A stretch of DNA of 64,000 nt from NCBI GenBank assembly GCA_964651045.1, contig CAZYVD010000002.1, positions 7,930 to 71,929 on the forward strand. Reading direction: 5' to 3'. Positions 19,415-31,735 of the stretch are shown here, piece after piece. A model generated the notes under the pieces. The model saw nothing but the letters and a program-made list of their open reading frames with translations, was not told the origin of the DNA and did no database searches. The DNA comes from an uncultured bacterium. GTDB lineage: Bacteria > Zhuqueibacterota > QNDG01 > DSAB01. Numbering within the stretch: the stretch's first letter is position 1; each line of letters starts with the position of its first letter. Position numbers and translations under genes: made by a program.

Positions 19415-20800
19415 ATGAAAACAAATGTGGATAACTCATCCGCCTTTGTGGATAACTCGAGTCCTGAACACGTCTGGAACATGTGTCTTAAAATCATAAA
19501 GGAGAAGGTAAATCCTCAAACGTTTCATACCTGGTTTCTTCCTATTGTTCCTGTTAAACTGGAAAATCGAAATCTGACCATTCAAGTTCCAAGCCAGTTC
19601 TTTTATGAATGGCTTGAGGAGCACTATCCACACGTCATAAGATCTGCACTGTTCCAGATACTCGGTGAAGGAGCCACACCATATTATCTTGTTAAAAAAC
19701 ACAGCGAAGAAGAAGATGTTTCGCAAAGCGATGTTTTCAAGGTTCAATTTAATACCAACTATTCGGATGATGAGACCCATTTAAACTCCAGATATACATT
19801 TGAAAAGTTTGTAGAAGGAAGGGGCAATCAATTTGCAAAGGCTGCCTCTCTTGCTGTTGCAGAGGCACCAGGAAAAACATCTTTTAATCCATTAGTAATA
19901 TATGGTGGTGTAGGTTTAGGCAAGACCCACCTTGTCCAGGCAATCGGAAACTTCTCCAAGAAAATTAAATCTGCAAAAAAAATAAGGTATGTTTCGAGTG
20001 AAAAATTTACAATCGATTTTATAAACTCAATACAGAACAACTTCACTGCTGAATTCAGCCGTATATACCGAAACGTTGATCTCCTACTTGTAGACGACAT
20101 CCAATTCTTTATGAGTAAAGAACGCACCCAAGAAGAATTTTTTCATACCTTTAATGCTCTTCAGCAAAAAGAAAAGCAAATAGTACTAACATCAGACCGT
20201 CCTCCCAAGGAACTCAGAGGTCTTGAAGAAAGACTCCTATCAAGGTTTCAGAGCGGTTTAATAGTAGACATTCAGCCCCCAGATTTAGAGACCAGAATCG
20301 CTATACTTCAACAAAAGGCGGATGAGGACGAGATAGATCTTCCCATGGAAATAATTGAATATATAGCATCAAATATAACTTCAAACATACGAGAACTCGA
20401 AGGGGCACTTATTAAACTACTTGCATATTCATCATTAAGAGGTGTAGATATAACACTTGAACTTGCAAAGACAGTATTAAAGGATATTGTTATCAGAAAG
20501 CATCAAAACATATCTATTGAACAGATTCAGAAAGTTGTATGTGAACACTTCTCAATTCCTGATGATCTTCTACGGGGAAAGAGCAGAAAACAGGAGATAG
20601 TCTTTGCAAGACAGATTGCAATGTACTTATCAAAGGAACTCACCAGATATTCTTTAAAGAGTATAGGCCTACATTTTGGGGGAAGAGATCACACAACTGT
20701 AATTCATGCAGTAAGATCAATAAATAAAACATTAAAAGACAGCAAAGTAAAGAAGATAATAGAAGACTTAAAAAAGAAAATAGAAATCGCAACAATGTAA
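19415..20800 (+). CDS. dnaA: Chromosomal replication initiator protein DnaA
   Basis: It has the AAA+ Walker A 'GGVGLGKTHL', Walker B 'LLLVDDIQF', and C-terminal DNA-binding domain 'ARQIAMYLSKELT...LKSIGLHFGGRDHTTVIHA'. The N-terminal 'VWNMCLKIIKEKV' is DnaA-like. Confidence 0.95.
   Translation: MKTNVDNSSAFVDNSSPEHVWNMCLKIIKEKVNPQTFHTWFLPIVPVKLENRNLTIQVPSQFFYEWLEEHYPHVIRSALFQILGEGATPYYLVKKHSEEEDVSQSDVFKVQFNTNYSDDETHLNSRYTFEKFVEGRGNQFAKAASLAVAEAPGKTSFNPLVIYGGVGLGKTHLVQAIGNFSKKIKSAKKIRYVSSEKFTIDFINSIQNNFTAEFSRIYRNVDLLLVDDIQFFMSKERTQEEFFHTFNALQQKEKQIVLTSDRPPKELRGLEERLLSRFQSGLIVDIQPPDLETRIAILQQKADEDEIDLPMEIIEYIASNITSNIRELEGALIKLLAYSSLRGVDITLELAKTVLKDIVIRKHQNISIEQIQKVVCEHFSIPDDLLRGKSRKQEIVFARQIAMYLSKELTRYSLKSIGLHFGGRDHTTVIHAVRSINKTLKDSKVKKIIEDLKKKIEIATM
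19426..19455 (+). promoter_or_regulatory. Two perfect DnaA boxes (TGTGGATAA at 19426-19434 and 19447-19455, 21 bp apart) overlapping the first codons of dnaA. They are a likely autoregulatory site
   Basis: Two exact 9-mers are seen in the sequence, spaced two helical turns apart. An SD-like AGGGG lies 7 nt upstream of the ATG at 19415. Confidence 0.6.
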
Positions 20801-21058
20801 TTAAGGTTAATATCATGTTAATAGTTAGTGGATTCTCTTTACCTAAAATAAATCATATTATTTCAATATTTGTTCTTAACAATTTATTAACATCTATTCC
20901 ACAAAGGATATTCTTCTGTTGAAATTATAAGTTTCTATTATTTATATATTTAATGAATACATATTTTAACAACAACAACTATCCACATTCCTATTTTTAC
21001 TTGTATATTTTATATTAAATATTTAATTTATATATTAAATCAATAGGAGGACATAAAA
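20801..21058. other. AT-rich dnaA-dnaN intergenic region with degenerate DnaA boxes, a possible second oriC segment
   Basis: CTATCCACA at 20979-20987 is one mismatch from TTATCCACA, and TATTCCACA at 20895-20903 is two mismatches. Long A/T tracts lie around 20930-21040. Confidence 0.4.
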
Positions 21059-22177
21059 ATGAAATTTAATATTTTTCAGAGTCATCTCATAGAATCTCTT
21101 AACAATGTTGCCAGTGTAATTCCTAGTAGGTCTACTGCAACGGTTCTTGAGAACATTCTATTTGAACTTAATGATAATAATCTAAAAATTACTGGAACAG
21201 ATCTTGAGGTATATATAACCACCGAGGTTGTACCGGATAAGATCGAGAAGCAGGGGTCTGTAGCAATACCGGCAAAGGTACTGTTAGAGATGATTCGTTC
21301 GCTACCGGACATACCAATTCAATTTGAGATTGGCGATTCTAACAGAGTAAACATTACTACTGACAGGGGATATTATCAGATTACAGGAATTTCAAAAGAA
21401 AATTTCCCTGAACTTCCTGTATTCACAGAGGAAAAAACAATTGAATTAAAGAATATAGTACTCAAGAGAATGTTTGAAAAGACTATTTTTGCAGTATCAT
21501 CTGAGGAGTTGAGACCTGCTCTCATGGGTGTATACATGCAGGTAATGGCAGACGAACTTAGAATGGTGGCAACAGACGGCCATAGATTATCAAAAATAGT
21601 GGACAGGAGTTTCAGCTTTGATGATGCGCCTAAAAAGATGATTATTCCACCAAAGGCTGTACAGATTGCAATAAAAAATTTAGATGAAAAAGGATCCACA
21701 AAGATTACAATAGATGAACATGTAATATGTTTCAACTTTGACAGCACAAAGCTTTATACAAGGCTTGTAGAAGGAGAGTATCCAGATTATGAAAAGGTAA
21801 TACCAAGAGATAACGATAAGACATTAAAGGTCAATAAAGATCTACTTATGGATTCTGTGAAAAGAGTATCGCTTTTTTCCAGTTCATTAACAAATCAGGT
21901 AAGATTTTCTCTTTCATCCGATAAGCTTGTAATTTTTAGTGAAAATACAGATACTGGCGGCCAGGCAAGAGAAGAACTGGAAGCAGAATATTCTGATGAA
22001 GAAATGGAAATAGGATATAATGCTCAATATATCATGGATATACTTCGTCATATAGACAGTGATGATGTAACTTTTAATTTAAAGAGTCCTGTTAGAGCTG
22101 CTATTGTAACCCCAACTACACAGCTCGAAAACGAAGAATTTTTTATGCTGATTATGCCAATAAAAATAAGCAGTTAA
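21059..22177 (+). CDS. dnaN: DNA polymerase III beta sliding clamp
   Basis: It has a three-domain beta-clamp architecture and a length of 372 aa. Its position after dnaA is conserved. Confidence 0.9.
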   Translation: MKFNIFQSHLIESLNNVASVIPSRSTATVLENILFELNDNNLKITGTDLEVYITTEVVPDKIEKQGSVAIPAKVLLEMIRSLPDIPIQFEIGDSNRVNITTDRGYYQITGISKENFPELPVFTEEKTIELKNIVLKRMFEKTIFAVSSEELRPALMGVYMQVMADELRMVATDGHRLSKIVDRSFSFDDAPKKMIIPPKAVQIAIKNLDEKGSTKITIDEHVICFNFDSTKLYTRLVEGEYPDYEKVIPRDNDKTLKVNKDLLMDSVKRVSLFSSSLTNQVRFSLSSDKLVIFSENTDTGGQAREELEAEYSDEEMEIGYNAQYIMDILRHIDSDDVTFNLKSPVRAAIVTPTTQLENEEFFMLIMPIKISS

Positions 22178-22179
22178 TC

Positions 22180-24371
<2,192 letters not shown>

Positions 24372-24382
24372 TTAAATAGGGA

Positions 24383-26824
24383 TTGTTAATGACAGAGAGA
24401 AGAGAGAAAATAATACCGATCTATATTGAAGAGGAGATGCAGACATCTTATCTGAATTATTCCATGTCTATCATAGTATCGAGGGCACTTCCAGATGTAA
24501 GGGACGGATTAAAACCCGTTCACAGGCGGATACTTTATGGTATGCATGAACTAGCTCTTCATCCAAACAGGCCGTACAGAAAGTCAGCGAGAATAGTTGG
24601 AGATGTACTTGGTAAATACCATCCGCACGGAGATGCAGCGGTCTATGATTCTATGGTACGAATGGTACAGGAGTTTTCTCTTCGCTATCCTCTGGTAGAT
24701 GGACAGGGAAATTTTGGTTCTCTCGATGGTGATGCAGCAGCGGCAATGAGATATACAGAGGCGAGGCTTACACCAATAGCAGAAGAGATGCTGAAAGATA
24801 TAGATAAAAGAACTGTAGATTTTGTTCCCAATTTTGACGAGTCCGATAAAGAGCCAAAAGTACTGCCTTCAATGTTTCCAAACCTTCTCGTAAACGGATC
24901 TTCAGGAATTGCTGTTGGAATGGCAACAAACATACCGCCACATAATTTGAATGAGGTTGTAGATGCACTAATAGCATTGATCAACACCCCTGAGATAAAA
25001 ATAGAAACGTTAATGAAATATTTGAAGGGTCCAGATTTTCCCACAGGAGGAATCATATATGGCAGTGAGGGAATCTATGAGGCATACAGGACAGGAAGAG
25101 GCAGACTGAAGGTCAGGGCAAGAACAAGTCTGGAGAAGGGCAAGGGAGGAAGGGATTCGATAATAATAACAGAGATTCCATATCAGATAAACAAGTCAAA
25201 TCTTATAACATCGATTGTAAATTTAGTAAAGCAGAAGAAAATAGAGGGAATATCTGACATAAGAGATGAGTCTGACAGAGACGGAATGAGGATAGTAATA
25301 GAATTAAAGAGGGATGCTCAACCGAGAGTAATATTGAATCAACTATATGTTCATACACAGATGCAGACGACATATGGAGTAATACTTCTTGCTCTTGTAG
25401 ATGGAAGGCCGAGAGTTCTGACCCTGAAAGATATGCTGCAGCTGTTTATTGACCACAGACATGAGATCATTCTTCGTAGGACTCAATTTGAGCTTGAAAA
25501 GGCAGAGAAGAGAGCTCACATCCTTGAAGGTCTGAAGATAGCTCTTGATCATATAGATGAGATTGTTCAGCTCATTAAGAAATCGAGAAATCCAGAGACG
25601 GCAAAGAGTGGGCTGATGCGAAGATTTGGTCTTTCAGAAGAGCAGGCAAAGGCAATATTGGATATGAAGCTGCAACGATTGACGGGTCTTGAGAGAAAGA
25701 AGGTTGAGGAGGAGTATTTAGAATTAATAAAGAAGATAGAGAGATTCAAATTGATCCTGTCCAGCGAACAGAAACAGATGCAGCTAATTAAGGATGAACT
25801 CATTGAGATAAAGGAGAAGTATGGTGACGAGAGGAGGACAGAAATTGTATCAGATACTGAAGAGTTTAACATAGAGGACATGATAGCAGAAGAGGATATG
25901 GTTATAACAATAACACACTCTGGATACATCAAAAGATTTCCAGTTTCCGGCTATAAGAGACAGGCCAGAGGCGGTAAGGGAGTCATTGGAGCCAACATAA
26001 GAGAAGCGGATACGATCGAACACCTTTTTATTGCATCTACACACCATTATGTGCTTTTTCTTACAAACAAGGGGAGATGTTACTGGTTGAAGGTTTATGA
26101 GATGCCGCAGGCAGGAAGGGGCTCACGAGGAAGATCGATAGTGAACCTCTTAAGGGTAGAAAAAGATGAACAGATAACAGCAATACTGCCTGTGAGGACA
26201 TTTGAGCAGAATAGAAATATTATCATGGCAACAAGGAGGGGTACGGTAAAAAAATGCAGTCTCTCAGACTTCAGCAATCCAAGGAGCGTTGGAATTAATG
26301 CAATAAACCTTCGACCTGGAGATGAGTTAATATCGGCAAAGCTTACAGATGGAACTCAGGATATTATATTGGGCACTAAAAAGGGAAAGGCAATAAGGTT
26401 TCATGAATCGGGTGTGAGGGTCATGGGTCGTGCAGCAGCCGGTGTAAGGGGCATTACACTTTCAGAGGGGGATGAGGTTGTTGGTATGGTGGTTGCAAGT
26501 AGAGAAGACACCTTGATGGTAGTAACAGAGAGTGGTTATGGGAAGAGGTCTTTAATCTCAGACTATCGAATAACAGCAAGAGGAGGGAGAGGAGTTGTAA
26601 CACTTAAGATAACGCCCAAGGTAGGCGATATGCTAGCAATCATGGATGTAATGGATTCTGATGATCTTTTGATAATAACATCAAAGGGTCTTGTTGTACG
26701 GCAGAAGATAAGCAACATTAAGGTAATAGGTAGAAACACACAGGGAGTTAGACTGATAAGGCTTCAGGAGGGCGACAGGGTTGCAGATGTTGCCAGAGTT
26801 ATAAGAGAGGAGAGAGAACAGTAG
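24383..26824 (+). CDS. gyrA: DNA gyrase subunit A
   Basis: Motifs include '[26 protein letters not shown]', '[15 protein letters not shown]' (QRDR region) and the active-site '[11 protein letters not shown]'. C-terminal beta-pinwheel repeats are present. Confidence 0.95.
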   Translation: MLMTERREKIIPIYIEEEMQTSYLNYSMSIIVSRALPDVRDGLKPVHRRILYGMHELALHPNRPYRKSARIVGDVLGKYHPHGDAAVYDSMVRMVQEFSLRYPLVDGQGNFGSLDGDAAAAMRYTEARLTPIAEEMLKDIDKRTVDFVPNFDESDKEPKVLPSMFPNLLVNGSSGIAVGMATNIPPHNLNEVVDALIALINTPEIKIETLMKYLKGPDFPTGGIIYGSEGIYEAYRTGRGRLKVRARTSLEKGKGGRDSIIITEIPYQINKSNLITSIVNLVKQKKIEGISDIRDESDRDGMRIVIELKRDAQPRVILNQLYVHTQMQTTYGVILLALVDGRPRVLTLKDMLQLFIDHRHEIILRRTQFELEKAEKRAHILEGLKIALDHIDEIVQLIKKSRNPETAKSGLMRRFGLSEEQAKAILDMKLQRLTGLERKKVEEEYLELIKKIERFKLILSSEQKQMQLIKDELIEIKEKYGDERRTEIVSDTEEFNIEDMIAEEDMVITITHSGYIKRFPVSGYKRQARGGKGVIGANIREADTIEHLFIASTHHYVLFLTNKGRCYWLKVYEMPQAGRGSRGRSIVNLLRVEKDEQITAILPVRTFEQNRNIIMATRRGTVKKCSLSDFSNPRSVGINAINLRPGDELISAKLTDGTQDIILGTKKGKAIRFHESGVRVMGRAAAGVRGITLSEGDEVVGMVVASREDTLMVVTESGYGKRSLISDYRITARGGRGVVTLKITPKVGDMLAIMDVMDSDDLLIITSKGLVVRQKISNIKVIGRNTQGVRLIRLQEGDRVADVARVIREEREQ

Positions 26825-26827
26825 GAG

Positions 26828-27271
26828 TTGGGGAGAAAAGGATTTGAAATTTTAGACCACACTGCAGATGTTAGATTGAGAGTGTGGGGTAAAGACTTGA
26901 GGGATATTCTTCAAAAGGCAGCAGAGGGAATGATAAATATAATGATGGATATAGAAACAATAAGAGAAGAGAAGGAGGATGAGGTTCGGATCGAGGGAGC
27001 AAATCCAGAGGAGCTGCTTTTAAAGTGGCTGAGAGAGATCTTGTTTAAAATTGAGAGCAAAGGAATGGTTTTCTCTAAATTCCGTATAAAAGAGGATAAT
27101 TTTTCCTACATGAGTTGTGATAAGTACTGGTTTTACGGTTTATTATATGGAGAAAAATATAACAGTGCGAGGCATGATATTTGCACAGAGATTAAAGCAG
27201 TTACAAGGCATGGTCTATATGTAGAAAAGAGAGGAGACAATTGGGAGTCAGAGATTCTGTTTGATATTTAG
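26828..27271 (+). CDS. Archease
   Basis: 'FEILDHTADVRLRVWGKDLRDILQKAAEGM' matches the archease N-terminal signature (F/YE.L.HTADIG..A.G). The C-terminal 'IKAVTRHGLYVEK...W..EILFDI' also fits. It has a TTG start 4 nt after the gyrA stop. Confidence 0.8.
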   Translation: MGRKGFEILDHTADVRLRVWGKDLRDILQKAAEGMINIMMDIETIREEKEDEVRIEGANPEELLLKWLREILFKIESKGMVFSKFRIKEDNFSYMSCDKYWFYGLLYGEKYNSARHDICTEIKAVTRHGLYVEKRGDNWESEILFDI

Positions 27272-27285
27272 AGAGGGTCATCGTT

Positions 27286-28614
27286 ATGTGGGAAAAAGAT
27301 ACTGTTCAGCTTACATCAACTCTTAAAGAAAAAATTCTTGAGGGGAAAGAGAGGATACAGGGCAGAAAGATTCTTAAAGATGATAAGATACCAGATTTCA
27401 TTAAAAATATATTTGCAAAAAAGATAGAGAAATTTCTTGTTTCAGAGAAGCCCTTTACCATTCGTCCGACTGCCCATTTTGAAATTAATTCTGATGATAT
27501 AGAGAGAATAAGTTCAAGGCTCTACGACATATTGAGAGAGAGAGCTGTCTTTAATTCCAGAGAGGTGGAGTACATTCTAGATGAGGCACTGGTACTGAGG
27601 TTAAACTATATTATCAAACCAGTAGACACAATGCGCAGGCTTCTTTTCAATGATAATAAAGATCGAATAGAGACTTCAAAGATAAAACAGATTCTAACTT
27701 CCTACAGTGAAATACTCCCATATTCAGAAATGTTGATACAAGAATGCACAAAATTAGATTCAGAATTTTTTAAGAGAGAAGAATATGATAATATCATGGC
27801 AGAAATTCTTCAGAGAATGGGTGGTGAAGATCCAGTAGGTTTTATATTGAAAGATTTCTCAGTACTAACAGAGTTTTTATCAGAGATTAAGAGTGAAAGA
27901 ATATCAAGGGTTGATGGAAAAACAATACAGAATTTTTTAGCAGATAGAAACCACTGGAATTTCAGAAGGGCAGTAGAAGTTGAGATGAAACTTGGCAAAG
28001 ATGAGTTTGATGCAGAAGAACTGAAAGTGACGCTTAAGCGATATCTTGAATTTAAAGAGGAATTTGAAAAAGGAAAAACAGAGTTGATAGAAGAGGTTTC
28101 TACTGAGCAGAAAGAGGAGGTAGCAGAAGAGGAGAAGAAACCGACTTTTGAGGCTGTTGAAGAGGAGGGATTGGAGGGATGGGAACTGGATGAGGTCGTT
28201 GTAAAGGAAGATGAGAAGGAACCTGAGGAGGTAAAAGAGGAGAGGCCAAAAGCAAAAAAGATGAGGATAATCCGCAGGGATCAGATTTTAGAAGAAGAGG
28301 AAGAAAAGAAAGAAGATCTGGTATTGGAAAAGCAGCAGGAGAGCCCAGAAAGAGAGGTGTGGGGGGGACTAAGAACATTAATCGATAAGAAGACAGAAAA
28401 GAGCTTTATAAAAAAGTTGTTTGGAGGGGATGAGCAATCATATGCACAGTTAATGGAAAAACTGGAAAATGCAGAAAGCTGGAGAGTTGCAAAGATACTG
28501 ATAGACAACGAGCTGTTCAAAAGAGATGTCGATCCGTTCTCCAGGGAGGCAATAAAACTTGTTGATATGGTATACACAAGATATTATCCAGAAGAAGGAA
28601 TAGGAGAGAGATGA
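27286..28614 (+). CDS. Hypothetical protein with a central Glu/Lys-rich acidic low-complexity region
   Basis: The 442-aa ORF has good coding texture, and its end overlaps the next ORF by 4 bp (ATGA). A roughly 110-aa linker is dominated by E, K and V (EEVSTEQKEEVAEEEKKPTFEAVEEEGLEGWELDEVVVKEDEKEPEEVKEERPKAKK...). No recognisable domain was found. Confidence 0.5.
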   Translation: MWEKDTVQLTSTLKEKILEGKERIQGRKILKDDKIPDFIKNIFAKKIEKFLVSEKPFTIRPTAHFEINSDDIERISSRLYDILRERAVFNSREVEYILDEALVLRLNYIIKPVDTMRRLLFNDNKDRIETSKIKQILTSYSEILPYSEMLIQECTKLDSEFFKREEYDNIMAEILQRMGGEDPVGFILKDFSVLTEFLSEIKSERISRVDGKTIQNFLADRNHWNFRRAVEVEMKLGKDEFDAEELKVTLKRYLEFKEEFEKGKTELIEEVSTEQKEEVAEEEKKPTFEAVEEEGLEGWELDEVVVKEDEKEPEEVKEERPKAKKMRIIRRDQILEEEEEKKEDLVLEKQQESPEREVWGGLRTLIDKKTEKSFIKKLFGGDEQSYAQLMEKLENAESWRVAKILIDNELFKRDVDPFSREAIKLVDMVYTRYYPEEGIGER

Positions 28615-29378
28615 TGAAGATATTTTATAAGATTATACCCGTATTTTTTGTCTTATTAATTGTTACTGTGCTTATTTCAGGGAAGAAGAGAGAAGATGAA
28701 AAAAAGGGTATAATTACATATACAGAAGGACAGGTCAAGTCAAAGAATCCTGAAATGGAGAACTGGAGAGACGCATTTGTAAATACAGAGATATTCTCAG
28801 GGGACAAGGTAAGAACGTATAATAGATCGAGAGCAGAAATTGATCTTGTGCAGCTTGATGTTATACGACTGGCCCCACAGACTATTATAGATATTGTAAA
28901 ACTTTATGAAGAGACAAAGGATCGGAAGATAAAGACAAAAATAGATGTCAAGCAAGGTGAGATTTGGGCCTCTATTCATGAAATCGAAATGGATACAGAG
29001 TTTGATGTGTCTGCACCGATTGCAGCTGCAGCCATTACTGGAACCACATTAAGATTCAGAGTAGAGGCTGACTCTACGACAATATTGAAAGTATATAAAG
29101 GCGAGGTGCTTATTACAAATGCACCAGAGAAAAAAGACCTGAAGCCAAGGTCGTTGATACCACATGAGATTCCCGGCCCCACAGAAATTCCTGGACCGAG
29201 AGAGGTAACAAAAGAAGAGTGGCTTTATATTGTTCAATCAATGCAGCAGGTAAAGATAGATAAGAATGGCAAGATCATATCAAAGGGAAAATTCAAGGCA
29301 GATGATGTTGACGAAAAGACAGACTGGGTAAAGTGGAACAGAATGAGAGATTTACAAAGGAACAAGAAATTGAGATAA
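28611..29378 (+). CDS. Membrane-anchored FecR-domain protein
   Basis: An N-terminal TM ('IIPVFFVLLIVTVLISG') is followed by 'GQVKSKNPEMENWRDAFVNTEIFSGDKVRTYNRSRAEIDLVQLDVIRLAPQTIIDI', matching the FecR fold pattern (G.V......W......L..GD.I.T...S.A.L....G..L.L...T...I). Confidence 0.5.
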   Translation: MMKIFYKIIPVFFVLLIVTVLISGKKREDEKKGIITYTEGQVKSKNPEMENWRDAFVNTEIFSGDKVRTYNRSRAEIDLVQLDVIRLAPQTIIDIVKLYEETKDRKIKTKIDVKQGEIWASIHEIEMDTEFDVSAPIAAAAITGTTLRFRVEADSTTILKVYKGEVLITNAPEKKDLKPRSLIPHEIPGPTEIPGPREVTKEEWLYIVQSMQQVKIDKNGKIISKGKFKADDVDEKTDWVKWNRMRDLQRNKKLR

Positions 29379-29406
29379 AAAAACCCGAAAATTAAAAATT
29401 AATATA

Positions 29407-29442
29407 ATCCCTTCAGAGAAGATTGAAGGGATTATTTTTTAA
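29407..29442 (+). terminator. Rho-independent terminator (AATCCCTTCA-gagaagat-TGAAGGGATT followed by ATTTTTT)
   Basis: A 10-bp perfect stem plus a T-run is seen directly, ending the gyrB...FecR transcription unit. Confidence 0.7.
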
Positions 29443-29448
29443 TGAAAA

Positions 29449-30291
29449 ATGAAGAAAGAAGATACGAGACATAAAATTGCACTCATCGGTTTTCCATGGG
29501 ACAATCACTCAAGTTTCATGAGAGGCTCTTCCCTTGCACCAGTAATTATCAGAGAGGCATTTGAATGTAAATCAACCAACAAGTGGAGCGAGTCAGGAGA
29601 AGATCTAGGCAAACAGGATTTGATCCTTGATGTTGGAGACATTGATCTGTCTTCCAATAAGGATGGATTTAATAAAATTAAGGAAACGATAAGGCGGGTT
29701 TTAAAGTATGACATTCCAATTATCTCACTGGGAGGAGATCATTCAATAACCTATCCGATAATAAAAGGATTTCATGAAAAGTATAAAAGTCTTCAGATTC
29801 TTCATTTCGATGCTCATCCCGACCTTTATGATGAGTTGAATGGAGATAGATATTCACATGGATCTCCATTTGCAAGGATAATGGAAGAGAGGCTCGTCGA
29901 CAGGTTAGTTCAGGTAGGAATAAGAACAATGAATGGACATCAGCGTGACCAGGCAGATCGGTTTAGAGTAGAAGTTTATGAGATGAGAGATCTAAAAGGC
30001 TACAGGAAATTGAAATTTAACAAACCCTTATATATCTCATTTGATATAGATGTGCTTGATCCTGCATTTGCTCCTGGTGTTTCTCATTTTGAGCCAGCCG
30101 GAATGACAACTAGAGAGGCTGTAGATATGATTCAAGGTGTAGTTGCTCCAGAGATTGTGGGAGCCGATATTGTTGAATATAATCCAAAAAGAGACATCAA
30201 TAAAGTTACGGCAATGGTTTGCGCAAAGATACTAAAAGAGATTATATCAAAGATGTTGGAGATAAAGAGCAACAAAAATAGGCGGTTCTAA
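29449..30291 (+). CDS. speB: Agmatinase (ureohydrolase/arginase family)
   Basis: It has the Mn-binding motifs 'GGDHSITYP', 'LHFDAHPDLYD' and 'SFDIDVLDPAFAPGVSHFEPAGMT'. At 280 aa it is typical for agmatinase. Confidence 0.8.
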   Translation: MKKEDTRHKIALIGFPWDNHSSFMRGSSLAPVIIREAFECKSTNKWSESGEDLGKQDLILDVGDIDLSSNKDGFNKIKETIRRVLKYDIPIISLGGDHSITYPIIKGFHEKYKSLQILHFDAHPDLYDELNGDRYSHGSPFARIMEERLVDRLVQVGIRTMNGHQRDQADRFRVEVYEMRDLKGYRKLKFNKPLYISFDIDVLDPAFAPGVSHFEPAGMTTREAVDMIQGVVAPEIVGADIVEYNPKRDINKVTAMVCAKILKEIISKMLEIKSNKNRRF

Positions 30292-30337
30292 ATAAGAACC
30301 GCCCAATTAGTGGTTTATCAAAGGATCTGTTGCTATT

Positions 30338-30979
30338 TTATCCTTCGATGTCTATCGATTTATTAACCATAATCAATTGTTTCATTCCTGATATAGTATT
30401 CATTTCCCTCATGAAACCGTCTCGATTTTCAGGAGTGTTTTTCTTAAACATCACCATATAGGTTACTTCCATATCTGGTTTTCCAGCAGGCCTTACAATA
30501 TTGACAAGGGTTACTTCCTGGAGATATTTTTTCATTATCCTTTCGACTGCAGACTCATCGATCTGTTGAGACCTGATCATTTTTATGAGATAGTCGATCT
30601 TCTGAGAGGATCCAAAGTTAATACGATATACGATGAAGAACAACAGGCTTATGAGCAAACAGGCAGTTATTCCAAGTTTGTAGTCTTTTACTCCTATTGC
30701 CATACCGATGGCTATAGAATAGAAAACAAAGCCTATATCGAGCGGGTCCTTTATTGGAGTACGGAATCGAATAATAGAAAGAGCCCCGATAAGGGCAAAT
30801 GCTCTCCCAACAGTATTGCCGATGACCATCATCACAGTACATGTAACAACAGTCAGAAGCACGAGGTTTTTAATAAAGGCCTGAGAGTGGGAAAAGCCCT
30901 TTTTTGTGAAGTGATAGGTTGTGGCAATGAAAAGTCCCAGAATAAATGAAAGAATAATCAGAGCGATGTTTGTTATCAT
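30338..30979 (-). CDS. DUF4956-family membrane protein
   Basis: The 213-aa protein has an N-terminal 4-TM region ('IALIILSFILGLFIATTYHF', 'LLTVVTCTVMMVIGNTVGRAFALIGALSIIRFRTPIKDPLDIGFVFYSIAIGMAIG') followed by a soluble C-terminal domain. The pattern and context (next to a VTC-domain gene) fit DUF4956. Confidence 0.55.
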   Translation of the reverse strand: MITNIALIILSFILGLFIATTYHFTKKGFSHSQAFIKNLVLLTVVTCTVMMVIGNTVGRAFALIGALSIIRFRTPIKDPLDIGFVFYSIAIGMAIGVKDYKLGITACLLISLLFFIVYRINFGSSQKIDYLIKMIRSQQIDESAVERIMKKYLQEVTLVNIVRPAGKPDMEVTYMVMFKKNTPENRDGFMREMNTISGMKQLIMVNKSIDIEG

Positions 30980-31003
30980 TTACAATGTCTCCTTTTTATT
31001 TTA

Positions 31004-31735
31004 TCAATTAAGTTCATAGGCCAATCTGTCGATGCTGAAACAGTATTTAGAAATCGATTCATAATCTAAGCTCAGTTTCTTTACCATGTTGTGAAGCCAG
31101 AAGGGAAGAAGTGTTCGGACTTTGATCTCAAGGATAATCTTACCAGGAAAAACAGAAGACCATCCGATGGAGGGGTCTGCAAAGGTGGAGTAAAACTTCT
31201 GACTCATTACAGATCTGTCAAATGTAATTCTTACGGTATCATCGTTTTCTGCTAGATAGGCTTCGCGTTCATATAGAATGAATGCTGCAGGGAAGAGAAT
31301 GTCACAGTTGCAGTGGTAGATCATCTCTTCCATGATGGTTCTATCCTCGAAGTCCTGGCTGAGAAATTTATCGGGCGGTCTTAAGAAATTGTTGTCCATG
31401 AATTCTCTGAAGTCTGAACTTGCCATTTTAACGCGGAGTTTATCGATATGGCTTTGGTCCCTCTTTTTTATTTCTGCAAAAAAATAATCTGCATCAAAGA
31501 AATTCTTGCTGTAACACCTCATTCTGATCTTGCGTCTGATCTTTTTGCCGGCCATCTTTTCTTCATAATATGCCCTTGAAGGAGAGTCGAGATAGAGGGA
31601 GTTGACATAATAACGATAACCTTCGTATTTTTTAGCATAGGGATCTGGCACAAGATATGAAGAGATGCACTCCATGACCCGCAGATATATCTCCTCATTT
31701 ATAAAGTATTTAAATTCGTACCTGATTATTCGCAT
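31004..31735 (-). CDS. VTC-domain protein (polyphosphate polymerase / CYTH-like domain, PF09359-type)
   Basis: 'MRIIRYEFKYFINEEIYLRVMECISSYLVPDPYAK...YYVNSLYLDSPSRAYYEEKMAGKKIRRKIRMRCY' follows the bacterial VTC-domain pattern (R.ELKY.I........YRV.SLYFD.........K.....R.K.R.R.Y). Its stop is 25 bp from the DUF4956 start. Confidence 0.6.
   Translation of the reverse strand: MRIIRYEFKYFINEEIYLRVMECISSYLVPDPYAKKYEGYRYYVNSLYLDSPSRAYYEEKMAGKKIRRKIRMRCYSKNFFDADYFFAEIKKRDQSHIDKLRVKMASSDFREFMDNNFLRPPDKFLSQDFEDRTIMEEMIYHCNCDILFPAAFILYEREAYLAENDDTVRITFDRSVMSQKFYSTFADPSIGWSSVFPGKIILEIKVRTLLPFWLHNMVKKLSLDYESISKYCFSIDRLAYELN

Noticed and set aside
30292-30337. Bidirectional terminator between convergent agmatinase and DUF4956 genes
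   Set aside because: Only a weak AACC...GGTT pairing is present, with no convincing stem or T-tract.
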